Shown here: piece by piece, positions 48,179-56,540 of the stretch | How positions within the stretch are numbered: position 1 is the stretch's first letter | Layout: every line of letters begins with the position of its first letter | Source of the DNA: Methanoculleus sp. | Lineage (GTDB): Archaea > Halobacteriota > Methanomicrobia > Methanomicrobiales > Methanomicrobiaceae | Assembly (NCBI GenBank): GCA_011048835.1 | Contig: DSDF01000045.1 | Coordinates: forward strand, 3,565-67,564 | Reading direction: 5' to 3' | Length of the DNA stretch: 64,000 bases | Position numbers and translations under genes: made by a program | The notes under the pieces: model-generated | Told to the model about the DNA's origin: nothing | What the model saw: the letters and a program-made list of their open reading frames with translations, nothing else | The model's database searches: none

Positions 48179-48751
48179 ATGTATTACCGGGTAACACTCG
48201 AGGATAAGGTGAGGGTTCCGCCCCAGAGGCTTGGCGAAGACCTCTATAAGGTCGTTCTCAACGTGCTTCAGGAGCAGCTGGAAGGCAGCATTGACAAGGA
48301 GATCGGTATTTTCATCGCCGTGACAAAAGTGCTTGATGTCGGGGAGGGTGACCTGATCCCCGGCGACGGTGCGGTCTATTATGACGTGACGTTTGACGCC
48401 CTGGTGCTCCGGCTCTCCCTCCAGGAGGTCATCGAGGGCGCGGTGGTGGAGACCACGAGTTTCGGTGCATTTATCAGCCTCGGCCCCATCGACGCGATGC
48501 TGCACGTGAGCCAGATCTCCGACGATTTCATCAACTACGACGAGAAGAACGGACGCCTCGTGTGCCAGGAGTCAAAACGCCAGATCGGGGTGGGCGACGG
48601 GGTGCGTGCCCGTGTCGTGGCCCTTAGCCTCAACGAGCGCGAGCCCCGAGAGAGCAAGATCGGGCTGACCATGCGGCAGGCGGGGCTGGGCACGGAGGCG
48701 TGGCTCAAGGAAGATTTCGAGAAGGAGCAGGCGGAACATGGTAGTGCGTAA
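48179..48751 (+). CDS. rpo7: DNA-directed RNA polymerase subunit Rpo7 (E')
   Basis: MYYRVTLEDKVRVPP with an S1 domain (GAVVETTSFGAFISLGPIDAMLHVSQI). Confidence 0.9.
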   Translation: MYYRVTLEDKVRVPPQRLGEDLYKVVLNVLQEQLEGSIDKEIGIFIAVTKVLDVGEGDLIPGDGAVYYDVTFDALVLRLSLQEVIEGAVVETTSFGAFISLGPIDAMLHVSQISDDFINYDEKNGRLVCQESKRQIGVGDGVRARVVALSLNEREPRESKIGLTMRQAGLGTEAWLKEDFEKEQAEHGSA

Positions 48752-48938
48752 AAAGCAGCAGAAGGTCTGCCGGCAGTGCCACCGGGTTGTCGACGGGGAG
48801 GCCTGCGTGATCTGCGGCAGCACTAACCTTTCCGATGATTGGGCAGGATACCTGGTGATTATCGACCCGGAGCGTTCGGATATTGCAAAAAAAATGAATA
48901 TAACCCTCCCCGGCCGGTATGCATTGAAGGTTCGCTGA
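48738..48938 (+). CDS. spt4: Transcription elongation factor Spt4 (RpoE'')
   Basis: The 66-aa product has a Zn ribbon CRQCHRVV...CVICGS and DDWAGYLVIIDP. Confidence 0.85.
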   Translation: MVVRKKQQKVCRQCHRVVDGEACVICGSTNLSDDWAGYLVIIDPERSDIAKKMNITLPGRYALKVR

Positions 48939-49429
48939 TGTACCGGCTTCCCGACAGGCACAGGGACGCATTGCGGGAACCTTTCGGGCTCCTGTTCCCC
49001 GATCTCGGTGATGCATCCGGGATGCTCGAAGGAAGGCATGTTTATTCGGTGGGAGACGTGGTCACCCACAATCTCTTGCAGCGCGGGGTTGCGCCGGATG
49101 TTGCCATCATTGACGGGTACACGCAGCGCGTCCCCTGCACCCGGACCCCGATCTTTCTCGCACCCCGTCTTGTGGTCGAGAACCCGCCGGGCACGATCAC
49201 CGAAGCGCTCATCGAGGCCATCCGCTACGCGGTGGCCCACCCGCCGGTGCTGATTTTTGTCGAGGGCGAGGAGGATCTCGCCGTGATCCCGCTGGTGATC
49301 GAGGCGCCGCCCGGTTCTGCGATCGTCTACGGCCAGCCGGGCGAGGGCGTGGTGATCCGGATTGTCGATGAGGCGGCAAAAGAACAGGCGCACGAGTATT
49401 TTGCGCTCTTTGAACGGGAAGGAAATTGA
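48938..49429 (+). CDS. DUF359 protein (GTP-dependent dephospho-CoA kinase family)
   Basis: MYRLPDRHRDALREPFG...SVGDVVTHNLL...AIIDGYTQR...VEGEEDLAVIP. The ATG overlaps the spt4 stop (TGATG). Confidence 0.7.
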   Translation: MYRLPDRHRDALREPFGLLFPDLGDASGMLEGRHVYSVGDVVTHNLLQRGVAPDVAIIDGYTQRVPCTRTPIFLAPRLVVENPPGTITEALIEAIRYAVAHPPVLIFVEGEEDLAVIPLVIEAPPGSAIVYGQPGEGVVIRIVDEAAKEQAHEYFALFEREGN

Positions 49430-49495
49430 AGGGCTGCGGTCCGGATGGATCGCCAATTTTTAAATACGTTCCTCGACAATATTTTAGGGATATCG

Positions 49496-49792
49496 ATGGA
49501 ATTTGAATTTATCAGGGATGAGAGAAATGAGCTCCTCGCACGGAGAGAACTTGATTTTGTCCTCACTTTCGAGGGGCCAACCCCGTCACGGCAGGAGATC
49601 CTGGGTAAACTCTGTGCCCTGAAGAATATTGGCGAGCAGGTGATCGTGCTCGACTCCTTGAAGACCACCTTTGGAAAACAGGAGCTCATTGGCACTGCAC
49701 GCGTATACGACGATGCGGAGACCCTGAATAAGACCGAGCGCGAGTACCTTGCAAAGCGCGGCCAGGCCAAAGCAGAGGAAGAGGGGGCGTAA
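49496..49792 (+). CDS. rps24e: 30S ribosomal protein S24e
   Basis: [35 protein letters not shown] is a typical eS24 N-terminus; about 98 aa. Confidence 0.85.
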   Translation: MEFEFIRDERNELLARRELDFVLTFEGPTPSRQEILGKLCALKNIGEQVIVLDSLKTTFGKQELIGTARVYDDAETLNKTEREYLAKRGQAKAEEEGA

Positions 49793-49796
49793 GCGA

Positions 49797-49952
49797 ATGG
49801 CAGTGAAACGTAGCAGCTATTACACGGTCGAAGGTGATTCCGTCACCATCAACAAGCGCCACTGCCCGCGCTGTGGGCCGGGCATTCTCCTTGCTGACCA
49901 CAAGGACCGCCTTGCGTGTGGAAAATGCGGGTATACCGAATTTAAGACATAA
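49797..49952 (+). CDS. rps27ae: 30S ribosomal protein S27ae
   Basis: The 51-aa product has a Zn ribbon CPRCGPG...CGKCGY. Confidence 0.85.
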   Translation: MAVKRSSYYTVEGDSVTINKRHCPRCGPGILLADHKDRLACGKCGYTEFKT

Positions 49953-49957
49953 TTTCG

Positions 49958-51538
49958 ATGCCTGATCTGGGGCACGTCGTGCTGGGCATTGAGGGTACTG
50001 CATGGAACCTCAGTGCCGCTCTTTTTGGTGACCGGCTCTTCTCACTCTATTCTTCGCCCTATGCTCCCGTGCAGGGGGGGATCCACCCGCGGGAGGCGGC
50101 CCAGCACCACGCGTCGGCGATGAAGGAGGTGATCGGGCGGGTGCTGGAGAGCGGGCCGCTTCCCACCGCAGTCGCCTTCTCGCAGGGCCCGGGGCTCGGC
50201 CCCTGCCTTCGCACGGTTGCCACCGCCGCGAGGACACTCGCCCTTGCGCTCGGCGTGCCGCTGGTGGGGGTGAACCACTGCGTCGCGCACGTGGAGATCG
50301 GGCGCTGGGCGACCGGCTGCGACGATCCGATCGTGCTCTACGCAAGCGGCGCGAACACGCAGGTCCTTGGCTATCTCAATCAACGCTACCGTATCTTTGG
50401 TGAAACGCTCGACATCGGCCTCGGCAACGCCCTCGACAAATACGCCCGGAGCAGGGGTCTCGCTCACCCGGGCGGCCCCGCCATCGAGGCGCTTGCCCGG
50501 AAGGGCACGCCGGTCGACCTGCCCTACACGGTCAAGGGCATGGACCTTGCGTTTTCCGGGCTGGTGAGCGCAGCCAAAGAGAGCCCGGCGCCGGTCGAGG
50601 ATGTCTGTGCCGGTTTGCAGGAGACGGCGTTTGCGATGTGCGTCGAGGTCACCGAGCGGGCGCTCGCCCACGCGGGCAAGAGCGAGGTGATGCTCGTCGG
50701 CGGGGTCGGCGCCAACGCCCGCCTGCAGGAGATGCTCGACCGGATGTGCCGGGAGCGGGGGGCCTCATTTTTCGTGCCCGAGAAGCAGTATCTCGGCGAC
50801 AATGGCGCCATGATCGCCTATACCGGCAGGATCATGCTCGAAGCCGATCAGGTCCTCTCGCTCGAGACCTCCCGCGTCATTCCGGGCTTTCGCTCCGACG
50901 AGGTGGAGGTGGCATGGCGCCGCGATACGGGGGCATTCGCGTATCACCGCGCCGATGTGATCGAGCAGGGCAGCGCCCGCGGTGCGGAGGCGGTGGTCAC
51001 CCGCGTCGGTCCTGATGTCGCCAAACGGCGCCTCGGCAAGGGCTACCGCGTGCCGTCGCTCGACCAGCGGCTGATCACCGAACGCACACGGGCGGAGGCG
51101 CGTATCATCGCCATGGCCCGCCGCGCGGGCGTGCCCACGCCGGTTATCAGGGATATCACCCGGGACACGATCATCATGGAGTGCATCGAGGGCAGTCTGC
51201 TCAAGCATGTCCTCGACGAGCGCACCGCCCGGGAAGCAGGACGCGTGGTGGGCAGGCTGCACGGCGCCGGCATCGTGCACGGCGACCTGACCACGAGCAA
51301 TATTATCCTCCGCGATGAAACGTGCGTGCTGATCGATTTCGGGCTGGCGCAGGTGACCTCGGAGATCGAGGCTCGGGGCGTGGACGTCCACGTCTTTTTC
51401 CAGACCCTGAAGAGCACGTCCGCCGATGCGCCTGCGCTCCGGGCTGCGTTCATCGAGGGGTACGAAGCCTCGTTTCCAGCGGCGGCTGAGGTCATCGAGC
51501 GGGAGCGCGCAATCGAGGCGCGGGGGAGATACCTGTGA
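49958..51538 (+). CDS. Kae1-Bud32 fusion (tRNA t6A synthesis, KEOPS core)
   Basis: The N-terminal ASKHA-fold Kae1 has GIEGTAWN, VNHCVAHVE and LVGGVGAN. The C-terminal Bud32 kinase-like domain has IVHGDLTTSNIIL and LIDFGLA. Confidence 0.9.
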   Translation: MPDLGHVVLGIEGTAWNLSAALFGDRLFSLYSSPYAPVQGGIHPREAAQHHASAMKEVIGRVLESGPLPTAVAFSQGPGLGPCLRTVATAARTLALALGVPLVGVNHCVAHVEIGRWATGCDDPIVLYASGANTQVLGYLNQRYRIFGETLDIGLGNALDKYARSRGLAHPGGPAIEALARKGTPVDLPYTVKGMDLAFSGLVSAAKESPAPVEDVCAGLQETAFAMCVEVTERALAHAGKSEVMLVGGVGANARLQEMLDRMCRERGASFFVPEKQYLGDNGAMIAYTGRIMLEADQVLSLETSRVIPGFRSDEVEVAWRRDTGAFAYHRADVIEQGSARGAEAVVTRVGPDVAKRRLGKGYRVPSLDQRLITERTRAEARIIAMARRAGVPTPVIRDITRDTIIMECIEGSLLKHVLDERTAREAGRVVGRLHGAGIVHGDLTTSNIILRDETCVLIDFGLAQVTSEIEARGVDVHVFFQTLKSTSADAPALRAAFIEGYEASFPAAAEVIERERAIEARGRYL

Positions 51539-52080
51539 AGATCGTGGTGGTCACCAGCAACCCGAACAAGGCCCGTGAAGTGGCGGCGTTTTTCGAAGGG
51601 GTCTGTGAGGTCGAGCATGTCCCGCTGGAGTGCCCCGAGTTCCGGCACGATGATGTGGGGGAGATCGCCCGGGAAAAGGCGCGGTTTGCCTTCGAGCAGC
51701 TGCAGGTGCCCCTGATTGCGGACGACACGGGGTTTTTCATTCCCGCCCTCTGCGGGTTCCCCGGGCCCTATGCGGCCTACGTGCTGGAGCGGATAGGCCT
51801 CGAGGGGATCGTGCGGTTGATGGAAGGGAAAGACGACCGGTCCGCGTATTTTGAAACCGCGATCGCGCTGGCGGACGGGAGCGGCGTGCGCGTGTTTCGG
51901 GGAAGGATTGACGGCCGGGTCGTCGAGCCGCGGGGCGAGGGCGGATTCGGTTACGACCCGATCTTCGAGGTCGCTGGCAGGACGCTGGCCGAACTGCCCC
52001 TTGCGGAAAAGTCAAGAATTTCTCATCGGGGCCGCGCGCTCGATGCGTTGAAGGCGTGGCTCGCAGCGGGGCAGAGATGA
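51535..52080 (+). CDS. Non-canonical purine NTP pyrophosphatase (Ham1/RdgB family)
   Basis: VVTSNPNKAREV and GFGYDPIF...SHRGRA. The GTG start overlaps the previous stop. Confidence 0.85.
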   Translation: MKIVVVTSNPNKAREVAAFFEGVCEVEHVPLECPEFRHDDVGEIAREKARFAFEQLQVPLIADDTGFFIPALCGFPGPYAAYVLERIGLEGIVRLMEGKDDRSAYFETAIALADGSGVRVFRGRIDGRVVEPRGEGGFGYDPIFEVAGRTLAELPLAEKSRISHRGRALDALKAWLAAGQR

Positions 52081-52159
52081 TCCCGGCCTTTCTGCTATCC
52101 AAACTCTTATGAGCGTGCGGTTCCTTCTTATAAGAGCAGTAATGAGGGGTAAGTGAACT

Positions 52160-52306
52160 ATGGCAAGATTTCCCGAAGCAGAGGCACGGTTGCTCAATGT
52201 AAAGATCTGCATGAAATGCAACGCACGCAATGCGCCCCGTGCAACCCGCTGCAGAAAATGCGGATACGAGAATCTCAGGCAGAAATCAAAAGAGCGGAAA
52301 GGATAA
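52160..52306 (+). CDS. rpl40e: 50S ribosomal protein L40e (48 aa; below the ORF-track length cut-off)
   Basis: Hand translation gives [48 protein letters not shown], a CxxC...CxxC zinc ribbon typical of eL40. Confidence 0.85.
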   Translation: MARFPEAEARLLNVKICMKCNARNAPRATRCRKCGYENLRQKSKERKG

Positions 52307-52311
52307 ACAAA

Positions 52312-52323
52312 TTTTCCTTTTTT
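52312..52323. terminator. Oligo-T tracts between the convergent L40e and DUF1917 genes
   Basis: ATTTTCCTTTTTTG: archaeal terminators are typically T-runs. Confidence 0.35.
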
Positions 52324-52329
52324 GCGCAG

Positions 52330-52980
52330 TTACGCACTGTAAAAGGTCACTTTTTTTCCTTTCTCGCTGTATTCACCGAGATAGGTCTCGATATTGCGCT
52401 TGTAGCCGATGCGCTGCTCGACGCCGAGATCGGCGAGTTGGCGCCGGACGCGCATCACGTCCACTTCGTCCTCCCAGTTCTCCGTATACACGTAGATCAC
52501 TTTCCGCGTGTCCCGTGAATCGGGGTTTGGTTTGGCGGTGCTCACCTTGGCGGAGATTCCCAGCGTTCCCCGGCAGGTCGCGTCCCGGATGCGCTGCCAC
52601 ATGGCGTCCACCTCGTCCTCGTCGAGGAAGATGAGCCATTTCCCTCCCTTTTCATTATCGACTTCCTCGGGGCGATATCCGGGGCCGTCCTGGATGATCC
52701 AGTACATCTGGGTGGTCCGTGTGGGGGTAACGCCTTCTCCCTGGCGCAATTGAGCGTAGATGCCTTCTGGGTGCGTGAACCGCTGAAGAAGCGCCTCGGC
52801 AAGCTGCGGGTAATCCTCATGAAATAATGCGAAAATCTCTGTGAAATCCTGCAGGAAATCGATCTCCTTTTCCACCAGTTCAAAAAGAACGTGGCCGCGG
52901 GCCTGCAGTTCCTTGTTCAGAAGAATTTCGAAGAGGCCGTATGCCACATCTCCGAGTGCATGCTCTTCGGCGTTTTCCAT
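52330..52980 (-). CDS. DUF1917-like (Bles03-like) protein
   Basis: GKWLIFLDEDEVDAMWQRIRDATCRGTLGISAKVST...VIYVYTENWEDEVDVMRVRRQLADLG...IGYKRNIET matches my recollection of the DUF1917 pattern. The start is at MENAEEH. Confidence 0.5.
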   Translation of the reverse strand: MENAEEHALGDVAYGLFEILLNKELQARGHVLFELVEKEIDFLQDFTEIFALFHEDYPQLAEALLQRFTHPEGIYAQLRQGEGVTPTRTTQMYWIIQDGPGYRPEEVDNEKGGKWLIFLDEDEVDAMWQRIRDATCRGTLGISAKVSTAKPNPDSRDTRKVIYVYTENWEDEVDVMRVRRQLADLGVEQRIGYKRNIETYLGEYSEKGKKVTFYSA

Positions 52981-53089
52981 AGTAGATTGTTGAAAAAAGC
53001 GACAAAAAAATATTTTCATTCTCATGGAGGGGCAGCGGCCCCGAGAAAAAATGCGTCCTGCGGCCGTTCTCGCATGCGAAAACCCCGTT

Positions 53090-53860
53090 TCAGCGCATCG
53101 TTTCCAGGATCAGGGTGGCCGCGCGTTCGCCGGATAGAAGCATTCCCCCAAAAATCGGGCCCATGCGGTGTTCGCCCGCGACCGCGTTGGCCGCCATGCC
53201 GGTGACGACGAGCCCGGGGAAAATCTCTCTGGTGTGGCCGACGATCATGGCTTCGGCGCGGTCCGCCCACATCGGCCCCTCTCCGGCCACGGTCACCATG
53301 CCCCCCTTGGACGCCACCATGTGCGCCACCACGGCGTCATGGCCCGTGGCGTCCACGGTATAGCGGCAGGCGATGGTGAGCGGGTCGACATGCAGCCCCG
53401 CCATCTCCACCGGCGTCCAGTTGATGACCAGCCCGCTCACCCTCCGGTCGTCCTTGATAACGACGTCTTCGACGAAGGTGAGGTTGAAAAATTCCGCACC
53501 CGCGTCGCACGCGGCGGCGGTCAATTTCGCCACGGCCTCGACGGACTTTGCCACGTAGTATCCCTCCTCGAAGGCTTTGCAGGCGATGGAGAAGTGGTCG
53601 AGCAGCCGTTTCGCCTCCTCCTGAACGACGATGCGGGGAAACATCATCCCTCCTCCCCACATCCCCCCGCCGATGGAGAGCTTCTTTTCGATCACGCCTA
53701 CCTTCACCCCCTGTTCGCCAAGGAGGGCGGCACAGGCGAGGCCTGACGGTCCCGCACCCACCACGGCAACCTCGAGATCCACGTAGTCGAGCATGACCCT
53801 ACTCTGCTCGGAGAGAATCGCCCGGGTTATCGTCACCTCATTGAGTTTCATCTTCGTCAC
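53090..53860 (-). CDS. thi4: Thiazole synthase Thi4 (archaeal type)
   Basis: VAVVGAGPSGLACA (FAD/NAD fold), IGGGMWGGGMMF, and DATGHDA with no Cys in this motif. That fits the sulfide-dependent archaeal class, based on my recollection of the motif. The start is GTG 53860 or ATG 53851. Confidence 0.85.
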   Translation of the reverse strand: MTKMKLNEVTITRAILSEQSRVMLDYVDLEVAVVGAGPSGLACAALLGEQGVKVGVIEKKLSIGGGMWGGGMMFPRIVVQEEAKRLLDHFSIACKAFEEGYYVAKSVEAVAKLTAAACDAGAEFFNLTFVEDVVIKDDRRVSGLVINWTPVEMAGLHVDPLTIACRYTVDATGHDAVVAHMVASKGGMVTVAGEGPMWADRAEAMIVGHTREIFPGLVVTGMAANAVAGEHRMGPIFGGMLLSGERAATLILETMR

Positions 53861-54068
53861 GCACCAGTTAGGTGGGTGCGGAAACTAATAGTATTTTATA
53901 TTGCGTTTGATGTTCTGGTGCGGTTGTGGACGTCTCCGAACGCTCTTTTCCGGGGGACGACGTCAAGCAGGTCTGTGGCCGGCGCGACGACGGCGAGCGG
54001 GGAGGTGTGCCTGGCTATCCTGCCTGCAGGCGAATATATTTACCCGCAGAATAGAATATTTGAGTAGG

Positions 54069-54950
54069 ATGAAATGGAAACGTGACTTCGGGCTGACCCT
54101 GCGATCCCTGCTCACGGGGTTTCTGCTCCTTATCGTATACCTGATATTCCTCTCGGTGCTGTTCGTGCTTTTCCCGGGAATGAGCATCCAGGGGTATGTG
54201 CTGATCATCGCATTGTTTGCGTTCATCCAGTACTACTTCTCCGACAAGATGGTGCTCTGGAGCACGGGCGCCCGTATTGTGGAGGAGGATGAGTACCCTG
54301 AGCTCCATGCCATGGTGGCGCGCCTGAGCGCAGAAGCCGATCTTCCCATGCCGAGGGTGGCGGTCATGCCCTCGCCGGTACCGAACGCGTTCGCCACCGG
54401 CAGGAGCCCGAAGGCCGCAGTGGTGGCGGTGACCGACTCCATTATGCGCCTGCTTGACCGCGACGAACTCGAGGCGGTGCTGGCCCACGAGCTGAGCCAC
54501 GTGAAAAACCGCGATGTGCTCACCATGACCGTCGCCAGTTTCTTGAGCATGCTGGCGTTCATGATCATGCGGTATGCCCTCTTCTTTTCGATGGGCAACC
54601 GGCGGGAGAGCGGCGGGATCCTCCTTGCATGGATCGTCTCGATCATCGTGTGGGTCGTGAGCACGCTCTTGATCAGGACGCTCTCCCGGTACCGGGAATT
54701 TGCCGCCGACCGCGGGTCGGCTTACATCACCGGCAACCCGCGGGCCCTGGTCAGCGCGCTGAACAAGATCAGCGGGCGGATGGACCGGATCCCTGCGGAG
54801 AAGAAGAAGGAGGTGGAGGGCGCAAACGCCTTCTTCATCATCCCTGCGCTCTCGGGCCAGAGCCTGATGGAGCTCTTCTCCACCCACCCCCCGCTGGAAA
54901 AAAGGGTGGCGGCGCTGGAGGCCCTGGAATCCGAACTCCGCGGGTATTGA
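54069..54950 (+). CDS. htpX: Membrane zinc metalloprotease HtpX
   Basis: HELSHVKNRD (HExxH), four TM segments, and C-terminal STHPPLEKR. The start is at MKWKRDF. Confidence 0.9.
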   Translation: MKWKRDFGLTLRSLLTGFLLLIVYLIFLSVLFVLFPGMSIQGYVLIIALFAFIQYYFSDKMVLWSTGARIVEEDEYPELHAMVARLSAEADLPMPRVAVMPSPVPNAFATGRSPKAAVVAVTDSIMRLLDRDELEAVLAHELSHVKNRDVLTMTVASFLSMLAFMIMRYALFFSMGNRRESGGILLAWIVSIIVWVVSTLLIRTLSRYREFAADRGSAYITGNPRALVSALNKISGRMDRIPAEKKKEVEGANAFFIIPALSGQSLMELFSTHPPLEKRVAALEALESELRGY

Positions 54951-54983
54951 GAGAGGGAGTGTGGGCTCCCCCTCTTCACACGG

Positions 54984-54996
54984 ATATTTTAATAAT
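54984..54996 (+). promoter_or_regulatory. TATA-like box upstream of the tRNA pair
   Basis: ATATTTTAATAAT lies about 35-40 nt before the tRNA-Gly 5' end. Confidence 0.35.
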
Positions 54997-55027
54997 TTGT
55001 CACGCACAAGTATGTAGGCAATACGGT

Positions 55028-55098
55028 GCATCGATGGTCTAGTGGCATGACTTTGGCCTTCCAAGCCAATAGCCCGGGTTCAATTCCCGGTCGATGCA
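55028..55098 (+). tRNA. tRNA-Gly (anticodon UCC)
   Basis: Hand-folded cloverleaf: acceptor GCATCGA/TCGATGC, anticodon stem TTGGC/GCCAA with loop CTTCCAA, T-arm CCGGG-TTCAATT-CCCGG. No encoded CCA. Confidence 0.9.
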
Positions 55099-55111
55099 TT
55101 GTACCACAGGC

Positions 55112-55185
55112 GGGCTCGTGGTCTAGCTGGTTATGACGTCGCCTTCACACGGCGGAGGTCTCGAGTTCGAATCTCGACGAGCCCA
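55112..55185 (+). tRNA. tRNA-Val (anticodon CAC)
   Basis: Acceptor GGGCTCG/CGAGCCC, anticodon stem TCGCC/GGCGG with loop TTCACAC, T-arm TCGAG-TTCGAAT-CTCGA. No encoded CCA. Confidence 0.9.
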
Positions 55186-55457
55186 TCCCTATTCTCCAAA
55201 TAAGAATCGTATCGGTTTTCTGATTCGGCTACATTGCTTTTCTTTTTTATTCGCTCTTTGTTCCTCATGCAATGCAACTGCAGTCGCTGCTGGCGTATCG
55301 CATCCGCATTCCATGCCAACATACGTCTATTATTCGGGTTTTCAGGCCTTTGTGTCACGAAACGAATGATTCTATATTTTCTCGTGTGACGTTTTCCGTT
55401 TCAGTATCCGGCTGTATTGCGGGATTGAGGATTAACAAGACGCCATACTGAAAAATG

Positions 55458-55465
55458 TATAAATA
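55458..55465 (+). promoter_or_regulatory. TATA box (TATAAATA) for the rhodopsin gene, implying a leaderless or near-leaderless mRNA
   Basis: It is centred about 27 nt upstream of the ATG at 55489 and preceded by an A-rich BRE-like GAAAAA. No SD-like sequence lies between them. Confidence 0.5.
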
Positions 55466-55488
55466 CTACCGGTCAGCATCCCTCGGCC

Positions 55489-56097
55489 ATGGCAAGCGAG
55501 ATCATCGTCTTTCAAATCGGCGCAATGATTTTTGCAGCGTCTTCCGTTGTGTTCCTGGTTGGCGGCACGAAAAAACTAAATTTCGACACGGAATTTTTTA
55601 TCAGTTTCATCACCAGCATGAGTTATGTGGTGATGAGCCTGGCCATAGCGACGACCGTTGCACTGGGAGGGGGGACAATTTACTGGTCGCGGTGGTTGTT
55701 CTATATGGCGGCCTGTCCTTTGCTGATGTATGATGTCGTGAGAATTTCGACGGGATCAACCCGAGAGTATCCCGTATTTGCCCTCCTCACCTGCCTGACC
55801 ATGTTCAATGGATTTCTTGCCAGCTTCGTCGTAAGCTCATCCCGGTGGATTTTCTTTCTCTTTGGTTCTGCGGCATTCATAGGCCTTCTTTATATGGTTT
55901 CGCGGGGCCAGAAAAACCGTGCCTCAAAAACGCTCAAACCATTCGTCTACATCGGGTGGTCCCTGTTTCCGGTAGTATTTCTCCTTGCTCCGACTGGTTT
56001 TGGAATCTTCGACGCCCCCGTCACGGCATTCCTGTATCTTCTGCTTGATCTGGTGACGAAACTATGGTTTGGCATCATTACGATCAGGATGAAGTAG
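55489..56097 (+). CDS. Microbial (type-1) rhodopsin, schizorhodopsin-like, 202 aa
   Basis: Seven hydrophobic helices. Helix 3 IYWSRWLFYMAACPLLMYDV aligns to bacteriorhodopsin IYWARYADWLFTTPLLLLDL. Helix 6 reads WSLFPVVF (BR: WSAYPVVW). Helix 7 DLVTKLWFG aligns to BR DVSAKVGFG, placing the Schiff-base Lys at K191 (AAA, 56059-56061). Confidence 0.85.
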   Translation: MASEIIVFQIGAMIFAASSVVFLVGGTKKLNFDTEFFISFITSMSYVVMSLAIATTVALGGGTIYWSRWLFYMAACPLLMYDVVRISTGSTREYPVFALLTCLTMFNGFLASFVVSSSRWIFFLFGSAAFIGLLYMVSRGQKNRASKTLKPFVYIGWSLFPVVFLLAPTGFGIFDAPVTAFLYLLLDLVTKLWFGIITIRMK

Positions 56098-56540
56098 CCT
56101 GCACGTGGCAGAGCGCTCCACATACGAAGCACGAGGAGCGGTTGCACCATATATTCCATCGCCTGAAACGGCATCGTGTGGTCCTCCTCCGAACCAGGTC
56201 CCCTGAACAGTATCCATTTAATAAGCAAAGAGCAGATTTCCCGAAATTTCAAAGACAACCAGCAGTGTATCTATCGCCCGGGCTGCAATCAGGGATGCTC
56301 CCCGGAAGGGTGGATCGTCCGTATCAGGGCATCGAATCCTGAATGCGTATCGCAGCGGATCGGGTCCGGCCCTGGGGGACCGCGGCCAGCACGGTGCAAA
56401 TAGACCAACATTTTTTATACAATCTCGAGGATTCTCGAAGCGGACTTTCGGGGAGCGTAGAGGAGATCCCGCGGGCCGGGTAGGGCCACAACGATCCGGA
56501 CACGCGCCCGACGCAGAAGGCCGAATGGAGAAGATTTGCC

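Noticed and set aside
56098-56540. ORFs 56064-56342 (+), 56176-56403 (+), 56218-56571 (-) and 56324-56749 (-) downstream of the rhodopsin, considered as possible chromophore or accessory genes
   Set aside because: They mutually overlap, have no hydrophobic or enzymatic motifs and no promoter or RBS context. They are more likely non-coding or decayed DNA.
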